This document shows, piece after piece, positions 13,043 to 53,738 of a DNA stretch of 61,441 nt. Where the stretch lies: NCBI RefSeq assembly GCF_001194135.2, contig NC_068988.1:13682155-13743595 (forward strand), written 5' to 3'. Numbering within the stretch: position 1 is the stretch's first letter; each line of letters starts with the position of its first letter. The notes below the pieces were generated by a model. That model was not told the origin of the DNA, searched no databases, and was given only the letters and a program-made list of their open reading frames with translations. Made by a program: the position numbers and the translations under genes. The stretch is from Octopus bimaculoides. Taxonomy: Eukaryota.

Positions 13043-14259
13043 TGGTACATGACTGGTGCTACATTTTATCAATCCTGAAAGGATAAAAGGCAAAGTTGAG
13101 CCCAGCAGGATTTGAACTCAGAACATGAAGAGCCAGAAGAAATGCTGCTAAGCAATTTCTGATGTACTAAAGATTCTGCCAACTTAACACTAAAATAATA
13201 ATTCTAATGTTTGGCACAGGGCTAGCCATTTTGAGTGGAAAGGGAAATTAATTTACATTGTTCCCAATGCTCAACTGGTACTTATTTTATTAGCCCTGAA
13301 AATAAGAAAAGCAGAGTTGATCTTGGCAAAATTTGAACTAAGAATGTGAAGAACCAAATAAAATGCTGCGAGGCATTTTGTCCAACATGCTAAGAATTCT
13401 ACCAGATCTAAAAATGAGCTTATTGTAATCAGTGCATTAGTTCATTACAATGGATCTAGAGTGTCCGAAAAATTGCTAATGCTCATGGAAAAAACAAATA
13501 TAGTCATTAAAAAGCTTGTTAGGAATCTGAAGCAGTGTGTCAATGAAATAGATAAAAAAGATTATTGCCATTCTAAGAAAAAGCAAGTTTCACACCACTC
13601 CTTCCTTTTAACTTTAAGATACATTGTTCTTTCTTAATTATTAAACTTTATTTCTCACATTTACATACCACAAATCAATATCTTTACAAACTTAAGTTAC
13701 TTCAGACGAGAATAGGACAACTATCTGTAAAGTGATTGCTGTCGCGATTTATGCAAAAATCTAAATTTGCAGATACAGTCAACCTACTCTCGTGTTAATA
13801 ATAATAATTTTTTAAATGGAATAAAGATGGAAAAGATTTGCACAACTCGCCTGTACGTGTTCATTATTCTATGTACAGATAGAAATCTGAGAACTTTTCC
13901 CCAAAAATTAGAGTACGACATATATAATAGACATGGTTCCCTGTCAAATGACAACTGTAGAGAATGTTTTCTTAATACTGAGAAATATTTCTAATTCAAA
14001 AATTACCAAAAGTGAGTGGATATTATTTACAGTGAATTTTTAAAAATTAAAAAGTAAAACAAGAGCTAAATTTCTTTAACATAGGACATATTTTTGAAAT
14101 CGTAAATACATTATGTACATACATCTTCCCTTTTATTCCGGCTTTTGAACCAAAACATTTTGAATTGATCTAATGCTTCTATAAGAAACAACCTCGTTAA
14201 AAAGAACCTAAAATATATTTGCATTGTAACAAATATAGACTACTTTTTTTTCCGTCCCT

Positions 14260-14315
<56 letters not shown>

Positions 14316-14773
14316 NNNNNNNNNNGTTTCACAGAAGAATAAGATGATACAACATAATGTGAACAATAAACAATACCCGTCATAACATGTTAATAATAAT
14401 AATAATAAAAAGAAAGACACAATAAAGGAAATATGTCTAGTTTAAAAGATATGGAATACAGATGTAATAATACAAGACAATGTAGGTGCACGTATGTGGA
14501 GGAGTTTAATCGGAATAGAATATCGCATCATGGTGACAAATTCATTGATTAACAGAGACTGGAGAGCATTTCACTCGTATTTACCAAAAATGAATGCTGC
14601 AGACGACAGATAACTATTTCAAAACACACACCCCTATTCTTAAAAAGAGATTATTGCAACAACACACAAGTGATTAATCGTATTCTTAGAATCAGATGTA
14701 GTAAAAAATTCGACAAAGAATTCAAAAATGAATGCTTCTATACAGGTGTAGTTCATTAAAAATGCTGACTTAC

Positions 14774-14816
14774 CTTTAAGTGCTAAAAGATGTTCTTTTT
14801 CACGGGAACCCTCCAT
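14774..14816 (-). CDS. TRAPPC13: TRAPPC13 coding exon 1 (MEGSREKEHLLALK, phase-1 donor); remaining exons not seen, probably left of the window
   Basis: aacaacATGG start; AAA G|GTAAGT donor; matches recalled human N-terminus MEVNPPKQEHLLALK|VMRLTKP; adjacent to TRIM23 as in human. Confidence 0.8.
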
Positions 14817-17800
14817 GTTGTTTAATATAAGACTCGCAGAAACGACGAAGGAGGATAAATTATTTGAAAGAAGTATTGTACGGCAATAAAGTAAAAAAAA
14901 AATTTTAATAATATTTTCATAGGTTATTACACTTCAGTATTTCAATTTGTTTAGTCTTTTTTATATAGCAGAATATTTCAAAAAACAAATAAATAAATGT
15001 AATTGAGAAGTATGGAAAACTATAAGCGATATAATATATACAGATTCTTCCCAATACAGATGAATTGCGTTTCACCGCTGTTAAATAGTAATTTATTAAT
15101 GATGTGATTTTGTGGGCGGTAGAATTTATGCAAACGCTAGAGAGCAGTAGGTACTTTTGGATTTCAAAATGAAATCGTGCTCTGTCGAACTTAGCTTTCA
15201 ACCTTTAAAAGGCTTGTTTAGCTAAGATCAGTGCTGACATATGAAACTATGATCAAAGGCGTTCCAACCATGACCATCCAAATTTTTGTATATTCAGGAC
15301 GATATTATCCAATGTGCCCTTTTTTTTTCTTTTAAGACTATAGGCTGTGATAATATTATGCTAATATTGTACGCAATTTGCATGCGATTAGATCTATTCC
15401 AGTTCGGTGTAACAGCTTTGCTTTCGGTTGAATAAAACATCTGAACGGCAAGTATTATTACATTGTGAACTATAACTATTTCTGTAAACATGTCCATGAC
15501 AAACTTCCACAGTGTAATTATAGTAAATTTCCATTCTATGATCCAGATATGACTGAGGTTTGGCTACTGCTGCAAGAATGGAAGATACTCTGGACATCAA
15601 AAAATTTTACATCTTACTTGTTTCAGTCATTGGATTGCAGCCATGCTAGGGTATCGCTTTTGAAAGGTTTTAGTGGAACAAATTGACCCCATTATTTTTT
15701 TTTCTTTTTAAAGTCTAGTACTCATTCTATCATTCTAGTTTGCCAAACCACTAAATTACGGGGGAGATAAACAAACTAACAGCGGTGGGATGGGGAACAA
15801 AAACAAACACATACACTCACACACACACATATATATATATACGACAAGCTTCCATATAGTTTCTCCGCTAAATTCGCTCGCGAAGCATTAGTCCAAGACA
15901 CTTGCCTAATGCGTCGCACTGTGGGACTGAACTTGAAACCATGTGATTGCAAAGCGAAAAAATATTTAAAAAATCAACATGTTTCATTTTATTTAAACTA
16001 ACTGTGATGGCCAGAGAGAAAATTTCCAGGTAGGTGAAAACCTTGGAACTTATAACAATGAAATTAGCCATCAGTGGTCAGTGTAGGCACAGTTACCCCC
16101 CTTGACAGCGGGTTCAAACAAGCTGGCCATATATAGGGGGCGTTACGCAACATTAAGGTTCAGACAGTCATCTCGTCCTCTTTCTACACTGGGGTGCGAA
16201 CTGCGAAGACATAACCTGACTGGCTCTCTCTCATACCGCACGCCAGCTAACAAATAGGAGCAAAAGCACAGAAGACCATGGCCTCTACGCACCAACCATT
16301 CCATTTATCATTCAGTTGTGTATATACGTGTGGCCACAATAAACATATTTAAAGTTACAACCGTGTTTATATATTCTTCATCTTGGTTTACTACCAAATG
16401 AGATTATAGCCTTCTGAGTGAGTCACATTAGGTGACTCAGCAACAACCTACCCATCTATATCAGTACCTTGGCTGACCTAAATGATATATTTTGGTATTA
16501 TTTGGAATATATCCGCTTTATATATTTTTATCTATGTCAGTAAAAGTTTAACTGCAAGTATTTCAATACTTATAGTCTTAAATACCTTTCAATGTCTCTT
16601 TATTGTGACGGCCGTGTGATATGATACAGAAGAGCCATTCTCGTCACCTCACATCACATGGTCTTTACGAATCAATCGTTCCTAAAGTATCTCAAAACTA
16701 GAATAAATTCTAGGTGTCTAAATTCATTGCTTTGGTTCAATTTCACTGAGACTGAATTACGGAAATAGTGGAACCAGTAATGATACATTGATCATATTCA
16801 CTTCATAGCCTTTTTCGCTATTTGAAATTTGGTGGAGCATGGCTATATAGAGACTAGAGAGATTCTCACCCCGCTCGATATCCTGATCATCAATGTCAAG
16901 TAAGTAATCTTGGCGACAGTTTGAGAAGTAGTGAAGTTCATAAATATACTACTTTTATCATCAATTCTCCTTTCTTTATCAGAAAGATTTGGCACTGAAT
17001 CTTTTTTTCCTAACCATTTAGTGTCCATAATTTTTCATGTAAAAGTCCCTATCAACTCAAACAGTCCTAGCGTGTTTTTCTTTGTGATTAGAGTCTATTT
17101 GATTGCAGCATTTTACATATTCAATGTGTTGACAATAAAACCGTTTGTGTGGTATTTTCTGCACGTTATCTTGGCCGTCTTACAGCCACTGGTTAGCTAG
17201 TAGATAAACGCATTATATATAGCTAATGTCTGGCAGAGAAAAAGCGCCAAAGACGAAATTGTTAATGATAATCCCGTGTTATTTACAATACAGGAATTCT
17301 AATGAGTTAAACATTTGCCGGATCCTTTATTTTACTATCAAACTGGTTACCGATAATAAAAATAATTCTCAATCAGACTGAATGGGTTAGTCACTTGTTG
17401 GCGTCATCAATCTGAAAGCAACCTGTTTATTGATAATTATCTTTACATGTGAATACTGTGATTCAGGTTCGTTTCCTATGTAGTGAATTGGTGTTTGGAA
17501 CTGCCAGATATTCCTGCTACAGTATTAATAGGAGCTGGATAAGGTGTATACAGATAAAGCAACAGTAACATCCTATATGTCATATATCAAGAGGGCTGTT
17601 TTTACAGCATTATAGGCACTGAAGCAAAATGCTGCACCGAGACCCTTACAAACACAACCACAGCATATACATAAGATAGCTTGTAGGCACCATAGACCCC
17701 CACCTTCTCAAGCAACTGGTCATGCGTCTTCGCATATGTATATATATAGTGGAGAAAAAGTTCACTGCGCTACTTAACACTATATACATATGTGTGTGTG

Positions 17801-18595
17801 TGTGCACCTTCGTTGCTCTTCTATCTTGGTTCCTGCATCTCCACAGCCAAGCTAATAAGGGAACCTCAACATGGTTCCTTGACCAATAGGAATTAGCAAT
17901 CGAACATTTTTCGAAGCATACCCTTCCATCTTAAAATAAGTAAATAAATAAATAAAAGACGCAGTTGATAATGTAGTCCCAGACAGACTATGTCTTAGAA
18001 CAATAAGACAGGGTTGTCACAACTGGAATGCTTTCGATCATAAAGCCTGCTCGTTCAGAGCCGACTTTAGGTAAATAGGAATCAAATATACATTTGAACT
18101 AGGCTCAGTATTAGTACTGGTAACAAGACGTCTCAGAGAAAAGTAATTAATGGTAAACAAATTTGAACTTATTTGCCTACATGATAGTTGCGAACGTCAT
18201 AACATACATTAAAGAAATTTCTTTGAGTTTTAACTATCAGTTAACAAAACATCTCCAAAATGGTTTTCTAAATACACACGTTTCCCCCCTTGATATGCAA
18301 AGGTAAACACTACAAAATCCCTCAAAAAATTCAAGGTAGTCATAAAGAAAAATAGGAGCCATCTTGATTTAAATGACAAAACCTATCTTCAACAAACACA
18401 CAGCAGATAAAATACATCGGTTTCACGTGTGAATAAAAGAGAGAGAGAGAGAGAGAGAGATTTTAATAAAATATATCTATGTATACTATGTATGAAGAAA
18501 CTCGATTATTTTCAAATTATGGCACTTTTTTACATCCGTAGAAATCGAAAATTTTGCTTTTGTACTGTTCTTCAACTTGCATAATGTTTGTAAAC

Positions 18596-45505
<26,910 letters not shown>

Positions 45506-46124
45506 CATCTCACAACATTCACCAGACCTGGGCTAAAATCTGATCTCCTCTATACAGACTCTTATATTTTCCAGTGAATTTATAAAAGCAAGTGACTACA
45601 TATACACAAATATGTAATAGTTCTCTTATCAAAGTTGTACCTGATGCCAAAAGCAAAACACCTCAAGGTAATCAGCACAGCTAACACTGATATTTCTTCT
45701 AATTTAGTTTACAGAATTTGTTTTCCTTAGACCTTCAGTTTACAAATATCAACACAACACTGAGATATCTTCGTTTTCATGCATACATATATATTTATAT
45801 TTTCTCTGTATTCCCTTTTGATATTCGGCTCAGTTAAGTTTTAACATCTAAAAACCAAAAATTCAGGTAATTTACTTGAAGAATAGACCTATTTCGTTGG
45901 AAGCTTTCTTTCTTCACCTTTTTTTTTTGCAGATTTATACAATGCCCAATAATTTCATGCCATTGATCTGTTAACAGATCATTAGGTGACTGAACAAACC
46001 CCTACTAGCTTATCGTGGCTGATATTGTATTTTACAGTGTGTATATATATATTTCCATCTAGGTGATAATACAGTATTCTTCATTATTAGCTCCCTTTAC
46101 AAGCTCATGCCTGATTATGTTCAT

Positions 46125-46130
46125 AATAAA
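46125..46130 (+). terminator. Candidate TRIM23 polyadenylation signal AATAAA (3' UTR about 640 nt)
   Basis: First AATAAA seen after the stop, with a U/GU-rich downstream element. Confidence 0.45.
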
Positions 46131-47198
46131 TTATTTGAATTCCTTTAATGTGTTTCACCTTATAATTATTTACCATTTGAAGAAATATAGCATCAAATTC
46201 CAGGATATCTGTATTTAAACTCATAAATCTTGGAATCAGATGCTTGTTATTTTTTTCTAAATTTATATTAATACATAAAGAGTCTAAACCTGGTTTCTAT
46301 GGCATATAAGTGACTGAGATTACAACACTTTCATCTGAACAGGATGCTAGTCCTTCACAGGATTAACTTTCCAGCTATTGCTAGAATTCACTTACAGTTG
46401 AATGAATTAAAGCAATATGAAATGAAATGTTTTGCTCAAAACAAAATGCAGTGCCTGATCTGGCAATTGAAACTAGAACCATATAATCGTGAATGCAACA
46501 CTAACAATTAGGCCACATGCCTTGATTTTTTTTCATGGGACTATCAGAAAGGGTTGCATGTGTGATAGGAATGACTTGAAGTGGGTTCAGATTTCAGGCC
46601 ACATCTGTAAAATAATATCAAACTATTCTTGCTTCTTATGTTGACTAAGAATCCAAGAAATACAACTCTTCTTCTCTTAAAAGAAAGATTATTTTCAGAA
46701 CAGCAAATTTCACCATCATCATTAATTTAACGTCCACTTTTCCATGCTTGCATGGGCCAGCCAAAATTCATTACAACAGTATTTTCTATGGACAGTTGCC
46801 CTTTTCTGCTGCCAACCCTTACTTGTTTCCAAGCAAGGTAATATTTCTCCTGGCCAGACATGTTTTTTCATGGAAGACAAATGAACAACCTTGCTTGTAT
46901 GATGATGATGATGTTTGCTTACAACTATCACATAATGTCAAAACAAGAGTACAGACACACACATCATCATACAGTCTATGAAATCCACTCACAAGGCTTT
47001 GGTTGGCCTTGGGTTATAGCAGAGGACATTTACCCATGTGCTGCACAATGGGACTGAACCAGATATCACATGATTGAGAAGCAAGCTTCTTAGCCATACA
47101 GCTACACCGGCATCTATTTGTGAGGAATAATTACAATCTGTGTGCTACTTGAAAATCAAAACAAATAAATAAAAACAACACAAGGTGAAATTTTCCAA

Positions 47199-47204
47199 TT
47201 TATT
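47199..47204 (-). terminator. Candidate CDKAL1 polyadenylation signal AATAAA
   Basis: About 30 nt after the stop, followed by ttgtgttgtttttatttatttgttttg; another AATAAA overlaps the stop codon. Confidence 0.55.
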
Positions 47205-47234
47205 AAAATTTTATACATTATCAAAAGGTTAGCT

Positions 47235-47354
47235 TTATTGGATAGCATACCACTGCCATGCTTTGATAAAGGAAGCAGTGATTAGAAAGACGACAGCTAG
47301 AGTCAAAAGTACTTTCTCTGTATAGATAGGAAGCATCTTAGATGTTTGTAGAGG
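47235..47354 (-). CDS. CDKAL1: CDKAL1 terminal exon (tail anchor)
   Basis: ttgcag|[39 protein letters not shown]; hydrophobic run as in the human ER anchor. Confidence 0.8.
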   Translation of the reverse strand, partial: PLQTSKMLPIYTEKVLLTLAVVFLITASFIKAWQWYAIQ

Positions 47355-48023
47355 CTGCAAAATAAAAAAAACCAAAAAAAAACCCAAAGAACTGTAAGTA
47401 GGATAAAAATTGAATGAAGAAAAAAGTTTTCAAATTTGAGCAGGCTGTGTGGTAAGAAGCTTGCTTCCTAACCACATGATTCTGGGTCCAGTCCCACTGC
47501 GTAGTACCTTGGGCAAGTGTCTTCTACTATAGCCTCAGGCCGACCAAAGCCTTGTGAGTGGATTTGGTAAATGGAAACTGAAAGAAGCCTGTTGTGTGTA
47601 TATATATATTAGGCTTACAAAGAATAAGTCCTACGGCCGATTTGTTTGACTAAAGGCGGTGCTCCAGCATGGCCACAGTCAAATGACTGAAACAAGTAAA
47701 AGAGTAAAAACAGAAGAATAAAATATCCAAAATTCTATTAGTGTCCAAGACATTCCAGTACTCAACACAATATACATATTCAGATGCAAAAAAGGTAAAT
47801 GCTTCAATTAAATCTCAATTTGTAAAGGTAGTTGTAGTTTTTCTTACCATTAGTACAGGTTTAGCTCCGGAAACTTCACCTTTTGCTTTAGGAGGAGGGA
47901 CATTTAATTTATGAATGTTTTCTGGACCAAGGACATGACATTTCAGAAAATGTTTTCCTGTTGAAGTTATTTCGACATCAATAGATTTACCCATAAAATC
48001 TCCATCTTTTGCTACTAATACCT

Positions 48024-48059
<36 letters not shown>

Positions 48060-48963
48060 CAATAAATTAACAAGAAAATCAATTTCTAAGGTATGAAATA
48101 GAAAAGAGAATGCTGAAAAATATGTGTTTTATATATGTAAGTGCAGTTCAGCCAAATGGAACAAATGATAAATGGCTTTCTGTCTAATGCACTAATGCCT
48201 CTGCCAATTACTTTTGCATTACAAACCATAAAAATCAATGATGCTTTTCTAAATTCTATACAGATATTCTATGTATAAATTGTTATTTTCCATGAATTAA
48301 GGACACCTCAGCATTGGTATCAACCAGTTTAGGTCAATAAGTGTAGGTTTTTTTTTTGTTGCTTTTTTGCCATTCTTAAAAATTATATATATATATATAT
48401 CAAAGAATTTGTAATATTTTTTTAGATACATGTTCTGAGGGTGATTGCATTTGAGGTAAATGGAGTGCGAAAGCGAGGTAGACCGAGGAAAAGGTGAAGG
48501 GGACAGGTGGAGTAGGAGATTGAGAAGGTTGGTTTGAAAAAGGAGGATGCCCAAAATCGGGTAAGTTGGCGAGATGGTGTGAGGGCAGTTGCTATGGCAT
48601 TGAAGTAGATCCGGCTACCCCCATTAATAGGGACAAAACCTAGATTTAAAACACTCAATGATGATGATGATGATGATGATACAAACCTGCTCGTAATACT
48701 TATTATGTCCAACATAAAAATTCTGGTCGAATGATATTTCTGTCACAAGTACAGTATGTTTTTCACCAACCTATAAAAGACAATTTTAACAATTGAATAT
48801 TATAACTTATATATATAAAAATAAAATTAACTGCATCAATACATTACACAAAGGAAATGTAATAAAATGTTTTAAAAGAAATTTAAAGTGCCTATAAGGT
48901 ATGTATTAATAATAGAAAAATGTCATACATTAATTTTGTCTCTCTCATATGTGTGTGTGTGTG

Positions 48964-49030
<67 letters not shown>

Positions 49031-52000
49031 TGAGGCAAGACCTTCGAACATTGGGCCTCACCGAGGCGATGACTACTGACCGAGACCTTTGGAAATGTGC
49101 TGTGCGTGAGAAGACCCGGCAAGCCAAGTGAGATCGTTGCCAGGGCCCCTGGACTGGCTCTTGTGCGGGTGGCACATAAGATGTACCATCTTGAGCGTGA
49201 CCGTTGCCAGTACCGCCTGACTGGCCTTGTAGGGTTTTCGAGCGAGATCGTTGCCAGTGCCCCTGGACTGGCTCTTGTGCAGGTGGCACATAAAAGACAC
49301 CATTTCGAGCGTGGCCGTTTTCGTGCGGGTGACACGTAAAAGCACCCACTACACTGAGTGGTTGGCGTTAGGAAGGGCATCCAGCTGTAGAAACTCTGCC
49401 AAATTAGATTGGAGCCTGGTGTTGCCATCCGGTTTCACCAGTCCTCAGTCAAATCGTCCAACCCATGCTAGCATGGAAAGCAGACGTTAAACGATGATGA
49501 TGATGATGATATATATTTATATATATATATATGACTATAACCCTTGAAGGAATTAAAAATATACTAATTTATTTACAGAACTAGTTCACTTGCATTAATT
49601 TTTATTGCATTCTTTTACTCTTCAAAAGAAAGTAATTAGCAATTATAAATAACTTTTTCCAAGCCAGCAAACTTAATTACAAAGTATTAACTTTATCACT
49701 ATAAATTTAACCAATCTAGTTGAATAAACCATAAAGCAAAACTTAAAGACTAAGTCAAACTGAAATTCACAATAAATTCAACTCTACTTTCAGTATTGAA
49801 TCTCCCTATCATTAAATATTCTGTTGTTATTCTTAAACTTACTCTAAAATGATAATTTTAATTCAACATTTAAATATTGTATTAAATAAGGTAATACCAC
49901 AGCAATATTTAATGAGTGTTTCTTTTCTTCTAACCTGACATTTTACATTTTGAATATAAATAATATAAAGAATGAACTCACCTTGTGACTATAAGGGTAA
50001 TACGATTGAAATAGCTCAGACATTGCTTTAGTTCGTTTCTTTACCTAATAATAAAAGAATTGTTTTTGATTTTAAGTATAAAGGTCAGCAATTTTGGAGG
50101 GTGGGGGTGTTAGTTGATACCATTGATTCCAATACTTGACTAATAATTTATTTTATTAACCTCAGAAGGACGAAGGGCAAAGTTGGGCTTCATGGGATTT
50201 GAACTGTGAACATAAACTGGCACTCTGTCGATTATGATGATGAGGGTTCCAGTTGAGCCTATCAACGGAACAGCCTGCTCATGAAATTAACATGCCATGC
50301 AAGTGGCTGAGTGCTCCACAGACAAGCCTACCCTTGATGTAGTTCTCAGGGAGATTCAGTGTGACACAGGATGTGACAAGGTTGGCCCTTTGAAATACAG
50401 GTACAACTCATTTTTGCCAACTGAGTGGACTGGAGCACCATTAAATAAAGTGTCTTGCTCAAGGACACAATGAACTCATAATCTTATGATTGCGGGACAA
50501 ATACCCCAACCACTAAGCTATGCACCTACACTGACCATAAAGAACCAGAAAAAATACCACAAGGCATTTTGTTAGATGCTGTAATAGTTTTTCCAATCTG
50601 CTGCTCTCACAAAATAATGGTTTCTGAATTAGGCACAAGGCCAACATTTTTGAGAGGCGGGGGGGGNNNNNNNNNNNGGGGGGGGGGGGCATTGTTTAGC
50701 TGATAACATCAACCCAGTTGTAGACTGGTACTTTTATCTTATCGAATCCAGATGAAAGAAAAGCAAGGTTGAACTCAGAATGTAAAGAGTTGGAAAAAAA
50801 AAAATACTGTAATGCATTTTATCAGATGCTGTAATGGTTCTGCAAATCCTGCTCACCTTACCTAACAATAATAAACACTGCCATTAGGCAGCATTGTGAG
50901 AAATGGGATTAACATTAAAACTTTCACAAATTGAAATTTTGTATTTCAGAGATTTGTGAGATTATTAACTTTACATATCTTTTATTCTTTCGCTTGTTTC
51001 AGCCATTAGACTGCAGTCATGCTGGGGCACCAATTTGAAGGGATTTTAGTCGAATGAACCAACCCCTGTACTTATTAATTTTTTTAAGCTTGGTACTTAT
51101 TGTATTGATGTCTTTTGTCAAACTGCTAAGTAATGGGGACATAAACACACCAACACCTGTTGTCAAGCGATGGTGGGGAACAAATACAGACACAAAGACA
51201 CACACACATGATGAACTTCTTTCAGTTTCTTTCAACCAAATCCACTCAAAAGGCTTGTCAGCCCAAGGCTATAGTAAAAGAAGCCCAAAGTGTCATGCAC
51301 TACGAATGTACCTAGAACCAAGTGATTGGGAAGTAAGCTTTTTACAACAACTAATCATTAAGAGTACCATGTAAAAAGCTTCTAGGACACTCTGTGAAGT
51401 GGTTGGCATTAGGAAGGCCATCCAGCTGTAGAAACTATGCCAAAGCAGAAACTAGAGCATAGTGCAGTCTTCTGGCCATTGGCATCAGTCAAACTGTTCA
51501 ACTCATGCCAACATGGAAAACAGACATTAAATGATGATGAGAATGATGCAGAATAAACTGAAAACTTTCAAAATTACCTCTTGAGGATCAACTCTGGTCA
51601 TTTTAGCAGCAGGAGTACCGGGACGAGGGAAAAATTGGTTTATGAACAAGCTTGGGAACTGGTATTCCTTAACAAGTGCCAAAGATTCATTGAAATCCTA
51701 TAACAAAAATATCAATTTACATTAACAGTCATCAAATATTCAGTATTAAATATGTGCTGGTTTAAAAGAGTAGGAGCTATGAAGGTATTAGAAATAAGAA
51801 TTATTAAACCACAAGTAATAATATTTAACTAGATATGCACAATTAGAGCTTAAATATACACACATTACAATTTTTATAATTTCCTGTGGAGGTAGTTGGA
51901 GTCGTCCCTTACAGGATAACCATCTAGGAAAATTCAAACATCACTTCGAATTTGTTTTGTCTTGTTTAGGATGCATGAATTTTAGCAATATCTTTTATAC

Positions 52001-53693
52001 AACAGTTATAATAGATATGACTATACCTTCCTCTTTTCTATACATTGTAATACAAAAGAAAAATTTGTGTTTGTAGGATTTTATTATTCATAATTATGCG
52101 TGTACATTATACAAGAGCATATATTTGGCACATAAACACAGTGGCATAAAATGTTTCAATCCAGATCTCCCTAGTTATTCTAAAAGGTAAAGAACCCCTT
52201 TGGTCATGAATGACCATGGGATTGCACCTAGAAACTTTCCCTCCAAGGCACAAGTCTACAAGTCTGGGTAAGGTTGCTTATGGAAGACCAGCAGTTGCCC
52301 ACGCATACCAGCCTCCCCTCTCCACGCCATTGATGTTATACAAGGGAAAGATACAGCTTGGCACCAGTGACGGCGCAACTCATTTCTACAGCTGGGTGAA
52401 CTGGAGCAACATGAAATAAAGTGTCTTGCTCAAGAACACAACACAGCCTGATCCAGGTATCGAATTCACTACCTCATGATTGTGAGCTCGACACTCTAAC
52501 CACTGAGCCATGCACCTTCTACTTGCTGAGATATAAGGACTTCTAATTATTCTTTATTACAAATTTGTGAATATTGCATAAAGATTTTTACATTGTTTTC
52601 AAAAATAATTAATGTATTACATAATTTTATCAAAAGGCTATCACACAACAACAACTTCTGTTATATATAATCTATGATAATAATGAAACATATACTTGCA
52701 TCAAGGAATTAACAAAATAAAATGCTAAAAATATCAAAAGGAAACAATACTAGACCCTGTTATTTCACAATATCAAGCTAAAACTTTGGTTAACTTCTTT
52801 TAAGATTCAAAGACTTCCAGCAAAGTTAGAGTAAAAAAATTTGAGAGAATAAAATGTGAGCTACTTGTCCATGTGTGCATGAAAGATAGATAGAGAGGCA
52901 AAGAAAGAACATAGACATATAAATGCATACATTTTGCTTCCTTCCACACCATAATAATTAAGAACTGACTGTCTCATACCTCATTTGTCTCTGTTGGGAA
53001 GCCACATATAATGTCTGTAGCAATGGTAATACCAGGAACTCTGAAAAAAAAAAAAACAACCAAGGAACAAATTAATGGTTGTCTTTATAGATTACAAGAC
53101 GTTTCAAGGCAAAACTACAAAGTGCAATAAAAAAACTTTAAACTCTTGTGAGTTAACTGTGTGGTAAGAAGCTTGTTTCCTAACCACACACATACAAAAA
53201 AAAAAAAAAGGCTTACTTTTCTTTTAGAAAATCTACAACATGTCTGAAGTCATCAATACAATATTCTCGTTTCATGTCCATGAGAACACTGTCAGAGGCT
53301 GACTGCACAGGAACGTGTAAAAAGGCATAAACTCGTGGGTGGTTACAAATCTTAGCCATTTCCTTCAATGAAAAAAACAAAAATAACATAACTAACATAA
53401 CTAACATGTATACTGTTAACTGTGGTGGAGAAGATTGTAATATGCAAAGTAAACAATTTGAACACGGAAATTGTGAAAGGCATTAAAAGTCAATATGAAA
53501 ATGTCATTTCAGAATTATTGAAACCATAGACACAGGCATGGCCTTGTGGTTAAGAAGCTAGCTTTGCAACTGCATGGTTTTGAGTTCAGTTCCATTGTGC
53601 ATCACCTTTGGTAAGCGTCTTCTACTATAGCCCTGCACTAACTAATGCACTGTGAGTGAATTTTAATAGACAAAAACCATGATGAAACTTGTA

Positions 53694-53738
<45 letters not shown>

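Noticed and set aside
13830-13910. Loose resemblance to TRAPPC13 NIFLGETFSSYISVH (LIFGEKFS / LSVHR)
   Set aside because: Needs a frameshift, lacks splice sites, and the preceding VMRLTKP exon is absent; judged coincidental
1-14773. SHLD3-like nested ORF in TRAPPC13 intron 1
   Set aside because: No minus-strand ORF of about 250 aa or with SHLD3-like sequence in the visible part; consistent with a vertebrate origin, although part of the intron is off-window
16843-17028. 61-aa minus ORF MDTKWLGKKD...
   Set aside because: No recognisable domain or splice support
48945-49428. Overlapping 134-153 aa ORFs with repeated peptide
   Set aside because: Translations of the internal repeats of the RTE 3' UTR
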